Source: Zymomonas mobilis subsp. mobilis ATCC 10988
GTDB taxonomy: Bacteria; Pseudomonadota; Alphaproteobacteria; Sphingomonadales; Sphingomonadaceae
Length of the DNA stretch: 32,000 nt
Assembly: GCF_000175255.2 (NCBI RefSeq)
Contig: NC_017180.1
Location: forward strand, 480-32,479
Reading direction: 5' to 3'
The position numbers and the translations under genes were made by a program. The notes beneath the pieces were generated by a model. That model was given only the letters and a program-made list of their open reading frames with translations. It was not told where the DNA came from and searched no databases. Shown in pieces: positions 25,308-32,000 of the stretch (the stretch's first letter is position 1; each line of letters opens with the position of its first letter).

Positions 25308-26116
25308 GGTTCTGTTGACAAAGGTTATAATTTAAGATTTTTAGAGACAAATTGAGAACAAGTTTTGTAGGGAAGACAGGATGCGAGGAGATCTGACGGA
25401 CGCGGAATGGCAGATAATAGAGGGTCTTCTTCCAAGCGAACGAGGCCGCTGCGCACGTCCCGCAAAAAGTAATCGGTTATTCTCAACGTATGCTTTATGT
25501 GCTTCGAACAGGCTGCCCGTGGCGAGACATGCATGAACGTTATGGGAAATGGAATTCGGTCTATGTTCGGTTTCCTAGATGGGCGGAACAGGGTGTCTGG
25601 GATGCTCTTCTTGAAACCCTGGTTGACCTTGGCCTGACAGATGACTGGCAACATATGATAGATAGTACGATTATTCGCGCCCACAGCCAAACGGCTGGCG
25701 CAAAAAGGGGACGGATAAGGAAGGCTTTGGTCAAAGCCGCGGAGGCTTTACGAGCAAGATCCACGCCCGTTCCGATGGTCAAGGCCGCCCTCTAACTTTC
25801 GAACTTACAGGTGGTGAGGTCCCTGATTATTCTGGCCCTTGTGACAACGCCCCGCTGTTTTCTCGCCGATAAAGGATATTATAGCGATAGGTTATGCGAA
25901 AAACTACTCTTTCGAGGCATCCTTCCTGTTATTCCGCCTTGTTCCAATCGAAAAAAGCCTATTCCTTATAATCTCCAGCACTACAAAGATCGTCATTGTA
26001 TTGAGCGGATGTTTAATAAGCTGAAGCAGTTCAGACGTATTGCCAGACGCTATGACAAAACCAGAAAATCTTTCCTCGCCTTTCTTCAGATCGATCCCAT
26101 GCCCTTTGGTAGAACC
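25308..26116 (+). mobile_element. IS5-family (IS427-group-like) element, about 0.8 kb, with a multiply frameshifted transposase
   Basis: The transposase pieces lie in different frames. They read MRGDLTDAEWQIIEGLLPSERGR (25380-), MLYVLRTGCPWRDMHERYGKWNSVYVRF.RWAEQGVWDALL...IDSTIIRAHSQTAGAK (25490-), GGFTSKIHARSDGQGRPLTFELTGGE, and ADKGYYSDRLCEKLLFRGILPVIPP.SNRKKPI...KDRHCIERMFNKLKQFRRIARRYDKT. The IR-like ends are ggttctgttgacaaagg (25308) and ccctttggtagaacc (26102-26116). Boundaries are approximate. Confidence 0.7.
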
Positions 26117-26278
26117 AAGCAAAAATACCTATGATTGTTGACAACAACATCCCCCAATTAACGGACATGGCAGTATTTCTCTCAGTTTCTTAACGATCTA
26201 ACATGAAAACACGTGAAATACGTCGTTTGATTTTATAGATAGCAGACATTATTAAAGTGGATTTTGAGAAGTTTCAGT

Positions 26279-26797
26279 ATGCTCATTGTATTCACAGGAT
26301 TGCCTGGGTGTGGGAAAACGACAATTGCTCAGCTTCTTTCCAAAAAATTGTCGGCTGTGTATATTCGTGTAGATGAGATCGAACAGGCAATTAAATATTC
26401 GAATGTTTTACGAGATGACATTGGTTCAGTAGGTTACGAAGTGGCGAGCTACCTGGCGCGTTCAAATTTAAATTTGGGAACAATGGTTATCGTGGATTGT
26501 GTGAACCCAGTTTTCGAAAGCCGAGAAATGTTTTATCAAACCGGAAAAGAAACCAATTCCTCAGTCATAGATGTCGAAGTCGTGTGCTCTGATCCTGTAG
26601 AACACAGGCGTCGGATTGAATTTCGATTGGCGGACATTCCTGGACACAAAGTCCCAGAATGGGATGCCATTTGGGAGATGGAATATACACCATGGTCTAG
26701 CCCTCGCCTAATCATCGACACCGCGATATGCTCTAGTGATGATGCATTAAGTAAAATTTCTGATTATTTGAGGTTAAAGTCTCGCTCGATTACATAG
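26279..26797 (+). CDS. P-loop kinase-like protein (AAA_33 type), substrate unknown
   Basis: MLIVFTGLPGCGKTTIAQLLSKKL (Walker A), then VIVDCVNP (Walker B-like); about 170 aa. The longest ORF begins at a TTG at 26264. Confidence 0.7.
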   Translation: MLIVFTGLPGCGKTTIAQLLSKKLSAVYIRVDEIEQAIKYSNVLRDDIGSVGYEVASYLARSNLNLGTMVIVDCVNPVFESREMFYQTGKETNSSVIDVEVVCSDPVEHRRRIEFRLADIPGHKVPEWDAIWEMEYTPWSSPRLIIDTAICSSDDALSKISDYLRLKSRSIT

Positions 26798-26991
26798 CCA
26801 CCGATGATCAATTCTGATGCTCTCGGCTACTGGAAAAGACTTAAGCTCCTTGTGGATTGGCCGATTTTAGCTCCAGTAGGAGACTGATGGAGTACGATTT
26901 TATTAAGGTGTTCCGACTGGCTATTAAAAAGGTAATCCTAGCCTTTCTAGTTTAATCGGAATTATGAAAGCATTAGAGAAACTTGTCCCTA

Positions 26992-27816
26992 TTAATTTTG
27001 CGCGTCCATCCAGTGGCTGATGGCACCCACCACACTATCTTCAATACCGTAATAACCATGCGGTGTGAGCGATCCACAAGCCTTAGTTGATTTGTTTATA
27101 CCCCCAGAGACAATAAGCACATGCACGTTTCTGCTGGCAGTCATCGCGGCTGCGATCTGGTTTGCAGCTTTAGGGGGCGCTACTTTACAGCGATCGTCCC
27201 TGTTGGCGACTACTAAGACAGGTATACTAACATGCTGCGGATCAGCATCAAAAACTGTCTCGCCACTACCGCCCATTACCGAAACGGATTCAGTAAGTAC
27301 TAAGCCAGCGATACTGCCCGGCGCGGCGTGTGCTGCACCATTCACCGCCGCAATTGTTCCTTGGCTCGTGCCAAGCAGGAACACAGGAGTTGTCCCATGT
27401 AAGTGAGCAAACTTAACAAGGTCATCAACTATATGCCCATAAATGGATGAACTGCGTACACCGCGTAAGTTGGCATGATCAGTCGAATCTGGGATAAGCA
27501 CTGCATAACCTCGCCGATTCCATAGTGCGCGGGTTCGTATCAAAAAGTTTTTATTGTGCCTAATGTGGCCGTCTTGTTCTAGACCTATATTTCCAGTTCC
27601 ACCGGGAAGCATTACAATCGTTCCCCGCGCGGATAGGGGTGTAGAAAGTAAAACTCTCTGATAATTTCCTTCTCTTAATGGCAGGTTGAATATCTGTTCG
27701 GACACCATCCGATGATCTTGCCGTAGAGCATCTCGAGCTAGCGCTGTAACCGGAATTAACATCATGCTAAGCGCGAATAATACGACTAGATAAAATGGGG
27801 AGGGATTTCTTTTCAT
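26992..27816 (-). CDS. Secreted alpha/beta-fold hydrolase
   Basis: Sec-type signal MKRNPSPFYLVVLFALSMMLIPVTALA and a nucleophile elbow GTSQG (G-x-S-x-G) within FLLGTSQGTIAA. 274 aa. Confidence 0.7.
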   Translation of the reverse strand: MKRNPSPFYLVVLFALSMMLIPVTALARDALRQDHRMVSEQIFNLPLREGNYQRVLLSTPLSARGTIVMLPGGTGNIGLEQDGHIRHNKNFLIRTRALWNRRGYAVLIPDSTDHANLRGVRSSSIYGHIVDDLVKFAHLHGTTPVFLLGTSQGTIAAVNGAAHAAPGSIAGLVLTESVSVMGGSGETVFDADPQHVSIPVLVVANRDDRCKVAPPKAANQIAAAMTASRNVHVLIVSGGINKSTKACGSLTPHGYYGIEDSVVGAISHWMDAQN

Positions 27817-29856
27817 TTTTTCCTATTGCACTATCGTGATTTTGTAAGCGCTAAGCAAACAGATAGTTTATATGGAAGCAATATGGGGCTCCCGTAGTTC
27901 GACTTTAATCATCAGGTCAGCGGAATACAATAAACTAAGGATAAGAAGCCTTTTAGCTATTCTATCAACTTGAATCATCGCATTTTGGTAGAGAAATCTT
28001 GTTCCAAGAGCTTTTTAAATAGCCCTGTTGGGTGCCAATTAATAAAGGCTGATCAATTGCAATCCTACCTAAAACAACGACAGGAATAGATCCTGCATAT
28101 TCTTGAGCTAATTTCGTGATCTCACAGCAATGGAGGCCGAAACACAATAGCCATACCATAACCCGATGATTTTTTCGCAAAAAAAAAGAAAGTCTCAAAA
28201 CCCATAATCAGAGGCTATGTCATCAGGATTCTACGAAAAATGATTTTGACCTGTTTGGCGTGGTAACCCCACCCAAGCCCTCGGCGTAGAGGTGTCGCTT
28301 TTTATGCACTTTCTGACCTTATGCAGGATAGCCATAAATAACCTAAAATGCTGCCTTAAAATAGCTTTATTCAATGAAATACGGCCGAAAATATTTTATG
28401 CATATTTATGCAGCCTTGTCCATTGGTAGCTCCCCCTATTTTCCTGTTAAAATACTCCTTGTTTCTCAAAAGCTATGTCCTCTTTTTTATCCTCAGGATT
28501 AGGCTTCAGTTAGCTATGAGTAGAGGAATTGAAAAAGAGAACGTGTGGGAAAAATCAGACTATAGCAAGCAGCTAGTAAGAAGAATCAGAGAAATGCAAT
28601 GGAATATACAGGCTGGATAGAAGTTTGGATCTTCACCTGTTTAGTAAATCAGCCCTTCATTACAGAAGAAGATCGAGGGATAGAGGTTATATTCTGCATC
28701 ATCCATTTTTAGTCAAGATTTATGGACAGAAGATTGTAAGCCCAAAAAGCATTAGGATGTCTTCTCAGAGTAAAATTAAAATACTTCCTCTTCTTGGTCC
28801 ACTGGTCACATACCTTCTTTCTTGCTGTAGAGGTCTCTCTGGGCTGATGATGTATAGACAGCTTTTGGCTTTCGGAAAGGTATATCTCTTAGCTATAGCC
28901 GATGAAGTGGATCAATTCTTTTTAAAGAAGCAGTATCAAAACCCATTGGTTGATATAAAAATATCAAGAGAGGTATTTTTTTATTATACCCTTAGCGTTC
29001 GGTAGACCAACCCTAGCCCCCGCGCCATAGATATCGCTTTTCTACGCATTTTTTAGTTCGACGCAAGTAACAAAATATCGCATTAAATAGCCCTTAAAAC
29101 GCAAAGTTTTTTAGAAAAATACCCATTTTTGCTGTTCGCAAAATTACGCATGCTCAACGCATTTTGTAAATAGTAAAAAACGGGCAAAAAAATGCTTATT
29201 TTCTCAAAACCGCTCTTGAGAAAAAGCTGATAAGAGGGCTACTTGGTTAGCCCTGCCATAGCTAACAGTCTGTTCGGATAGGAAAACGATGTTGAGTAGA
29301 GTTCTTCCTGAATTGATCTGTTTAAGCCATTGATAGGCATGTTAAATTTTGCTTGTCGCTATCTTTTGTCAGAATTTACCCAAATCTCTTTAAGATTATC
29401 CTGATACTGGAGTTCGTCTGGGATCTTTGGGAAAAATAGAAAGATCTGCTATGTTATTATGAGGATAATGCTTTCATTAGATCAGCTAATCGATATCGGG
29501 TATGGAATTATAGTGAAAGCCCCTCCGTTTCATCTCAACCTTCACAGGTTGTTTTTTGCTTGTCTGTGTAGCTTTTAGCTATTTTTATTAAACTAAGACC
29601 TCTCAAATATATTATACAATGACCGAACCTAGAGCTGCATATCGGCATATTCTAAAAATAACCCCGATATTTTTTTCTCATTTTTCAGTGAGCTCTGATA
29701 TTGTTGTTCAAGTGAATTTTGCTATTCATAGTATATCTTTCGTCTACTCTATTAATCATCTTAAGAAAAATGACACGCTACAGTGTCACGTAAATTTATG
29801 ATTACTTTTGGCTTTGGGTACAGCCTATTTTGGCAGCTATTGCTACAGGATACGTT

Positions 29857-30135
29857 ATGCACGTCGATAGCTATAACAAACTATATGCTGCTGTTAGTAA
29901 CAAAAATAATACCCGCGATAATGCGATGCTATTGCCTTCCATGGCAAGGTCAAACAATAGAAGTTATTCCGAAGATGAGGTTGATTTGGCCATCAATTAC
30001 CTTTCAAATTATTCATTACCGTCATCAGGATTCTATAACCTTATAGAGATGATCAATGACTCAAAAGACGAAGCATTTGGAGCTACGGCCATTCGTAAAC
30101 CATCTGACCAGCTCACTGAGGTTGAAAAGATCTAA
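29857..30135 (+). CDS. Hypothetical small protein (uncertain)
   Basis: This is the only ORF in the 28200-30398 stretch with a protein-like sequence (MHVDSYNKLYAAVSNKNN...EDEVDLAINYLSNYSLPSSGFYNLIEMINDSKDEAFGATAIRKP). No family was recognised and the start is unclear. Confidence 0.3.
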   Translation: MHVDSYNKLYAAVSNKNNTRDNAMLLPSMARSNNRSYSEDEVDLAINYLSNYSLPSSGFYNLIEMINDSKDEAFGATAIRKPSDQLTEVEKI

Positions 30136-30398
30136 GTTTTATCAATTATATACCCTCAGGTGGCTAAAAAAGTTCGTTAAGTTTAAAGCTGCAGGTAGCG
30201 TTGACGAGCTAGCTGCAATGATATCAACGAAACTGTAGGCTGCTACGAATAGGCTAAAAAAACCGAGGACATTAACCTTCAGAAAGAGGGGCTATAACCA
30301 TCTGATAATATATTCATATTTCTTGAAAAGAAGGCCAATCTTGATAAGACTGTAAACACTTAATTTACTGAATAAGATACAGATAAGGATTCTTTGGC

Positions 30399-31991
30399 AT
30401 GGCTCGCAGTCGTCTATCTAAAAATTCGGATGTAGCTCCAGCTTCCAAGCAAGCAAGCAAGGCCAAGACAGCGACTGCGACATTAGGATTTGAACAGCAG
30501 ATGTTTCTTGCTGCTGACAAGCTGCGCAAGAACCTTGAACCCTCAGATTACAAGCATGTTGCTCTTGGCCTAATCTTTCTGCGCTATATCTCCACTGCCT
30601 TTGAAGCCCGCCATGTTGCCTTGATGCTAGACGATCCCGCAGCAGCGGAAGACCCAGACGAATATCTAGCTGAAAATATCTTCTGGGTGCCGGAGACTGC
30701 TCGTTGGTCTCATCTTAGGGATAATGCCCGCTCCCCTAGCATCGGTAAGATAATTGATGAAGCCATGCTGGCCATTGAAAAAGCCAATCCGGAACAGCTC
30801 AAGGGTGTTCTCCCCAAGGATTACGGGCGGCCTGCCCTTGATAGCGTGATGCTGGGTGAGTTGATAGACCTGATCTCCGACATAGGCATGGGCGATACGG
30901 ACGACAAGGCGCGGGACGTGTTGGGTCGGGTCTATGAATACTTCCTTGGCGGGTTTGCTGGAGCTGAAGGCAAGCGCGGGGGCGAGTTTTACACGCCGTC
31001 CAGCGTGGTACGCACGCTAGTTTCCATGCTCGAACCCTACAAGGGCCGGGTGTATGACCCATGCTGTGGCTCTGGTGGTATGTTCGTGCAGTCTGAACGC
31101 TTTGTGGAAACCCATGGTGGCAAGCTGGGTGACATTGCCATTTACGGGCAGGAAAGCAACCACACTACGTGGCGTCTGGCTCGCATGAACCTTGCTGTGC
31201 GGGGTATTGGCGCGGATATCCGCTGGAACAATGAAGGCAGCTTTCTGCGCGATGAACTAAAAGACCTGCGCTTTGACTATATTCTGGCCAACCCGCCCTT
31301 TAACGTGTCGGACTGGTGGAATGCGTCACTAGAGGAAGACCCGCGCTGGCAGTATGGCAAACCGCCAGCAGGCAATGCCAACTATGCGTGGCTCCAACAT
31401 ATCCTGTGGCATCTGGCCCCCGACGGTACCGCTGGCGTGGTGCTGGCCAATGGTTCCATGTCCTCAAACCAGAACAGCGAAGGGGAAATTCGCCGCCGGA
31501 TGGTGGAAGCAGATGTTGTGGACTGCATGGTCGCCCTGCCCGGTCAGCTTTTTTATTCCACCCAGATTCCGGCCTGCCTGTGGTTCCTCACCCGCACCAA
31601 GAAGCAAAAAGGCTGGCGAGATCGGGGCGGAGAAATCCTGTTTATTGATGCCCGCAAGCTGGGCAAGCTTGTGGACCGCACCCGCCGGGAACTGACAGAC
31701 GAGGACGTGGCCCGCATTGCCGACACCTACCACGCATGGCGTGGAGAAAAGGACGCGGGCACATATGAGGATATTTCCGGTTTTTGCAAATCCGCTACAC
31801 TGGATGAAGTGGCGCATCAAGGCTTTGTGCTAACACCGGGCCGCTACGTGGGAGCAGAGGAAGTCGAAGAAGACAGCGTGCCATTTACTGAACGCTTCGC
31901 AGCCCTTGAGAAGACCCTGAAGGAGCAGTTTGCGCAGGGTGAAGCACTGAACGCGAAAATCATTGGCTCTTTGCGTCTAATTATACGATAA
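30399..31991 (+). CDS. hsdM: Type I restriction-modification DNA methyltransferase subunit HsdM
   Basis: HsdM_N-like [37 protein letters not shown], the AdoMet motif [12 protein letters not shown] and the catalytic ILANPPFN. Confidence 0.95.
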   Translation: MARSRLSKNSDVAPASKQASKAKTATATLGFEQQMFLAADKLRKNLEPSDYKHVALGLIFLRYISTAFEARHVALMLDDPAAAEDPDEYLAENIFWVPETARWSHLRDNARSPSIGKIIDEAMLAIEKANPEQLKGVLPKDYGRPALDSVMLGELIDLISDIGMGDTDDKARDVLGRVYEYFLGGFAGAEGKRGGEFYTPSSVVRTLVSMLEPYKGRVYDPCCGSGGMFVQSERFVETHGGKLGDIAIYGQESNHTTWRLARMNLAVRGIGADIRWNNEGSFLRDELKDLRFDYILANPPFNVSDWWNASLEEDPRWQYGKPPAGNANYAWLQHILWHLAPDGTAGVVLANGSMSSNQNSEGEIRRRMVEADVVDCMVALPGQLFYSTQIPACLWFLTRTKKQKGWRDRGGEILFIDARKLGKLVDRTRRELTDEDVARIADTYHAWRGEKDAGTYEDISGFCKSATLDEVAHQGFVLTPGRYVGAEEVEEDSVPFTERFAALEKTLKEQFAQGEALNAKIIGSLRLIIR

Positions 31992-32000
31992 GGTCGAACT

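Noticed and set aside
28408-29005. 70-aa and 126-aa plus-strand ORFs in the gene-poor region
   Set aside because: Their sequences are not protein-like (runs of Leu/Phe/Ser/Arg). They have no SD and no motifs, and they overlap the repeat-bearing non-coding stretch.
31316-31820. Alternative-frame and antisense ORFs within hsdM
   Set aside because: These are shadow ORFs of a GC-rich gene. Their sequences are Arg/Pro/Gly-rich.
1-32000. tRNA, rRNA or other structured RNA genes
   Set aside because: No stretch with tRNA-like acceptor/T-arm features or rRNA-like conservation was recognised by eye. This cannot be excluded without tRNAscan or Infernal.

Overview
The window looks like most of a low-GC, mosaic plasmid. 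It carries partition, replication and toxin-antitoxin modules and is unusually dense in anti-phage defence genes. The host guess (an alphaproteobacterium, possibly Zymomonas-like) comes only from composition and gene flavour and is weak.

Gene order, left to right:
- An MNT-type nucleotidyltransferase fragment running in frame into hsdS, then hsdR. The matching hsdM sits at the far right edge, which suggests a circular replicon slightly larger than the window.
- An AT-rich block with a Tat-signal aminotransferase divergent from a TonB-dependent receptor.
- IS5-family debris.
- relBE-like TA, then a type Ib-like parA plus a small RHH adaptor, followed by ten perfect tandem ATTATAGC octamers.
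- A single-gene ABC-ATPase/TOPRIM(DUF4435-like) protein resembling OLD/PARIS defence, bracketed by about 80-bp direct repeats.
- dinJ-yafQ TA.
- A regulatory/replication module: HTH protein, Ogr/Delta zinc finger, GapR/DUF2312-like protein and a putative Rep.
- An Abi_2 (AbiD/F, HEPN) gene.
- An XRE-type antitoxin-like gene with a decayed BrnT toxin.
- A GC-richer island: adenosine deaminase divergent from a translationally coupled HAM1-like and SIR2-like gene pair.
- A nonsense-interrupted 5'-nucleotidase, a frameshifted IS5-family element, a P-loop kinase and a secreted alpha/beta hydrolase.
- A 2.2-kb gene-poor stretch, then hsdM.

The most interesting locus is the deaminase + HAM1 + SIR2 trio at 21539-23895. 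It matches what I recall of the recently described Kongming (KomABC) dITP-signalling, NAD-depleting system, and it lacks the partner genes of every other SIR2 or deaminase defence family I know.

No rRNA, tRNA or CRISPR array was recognised. All calls rest on reading the translations and the DNA by eye; no searches were run.
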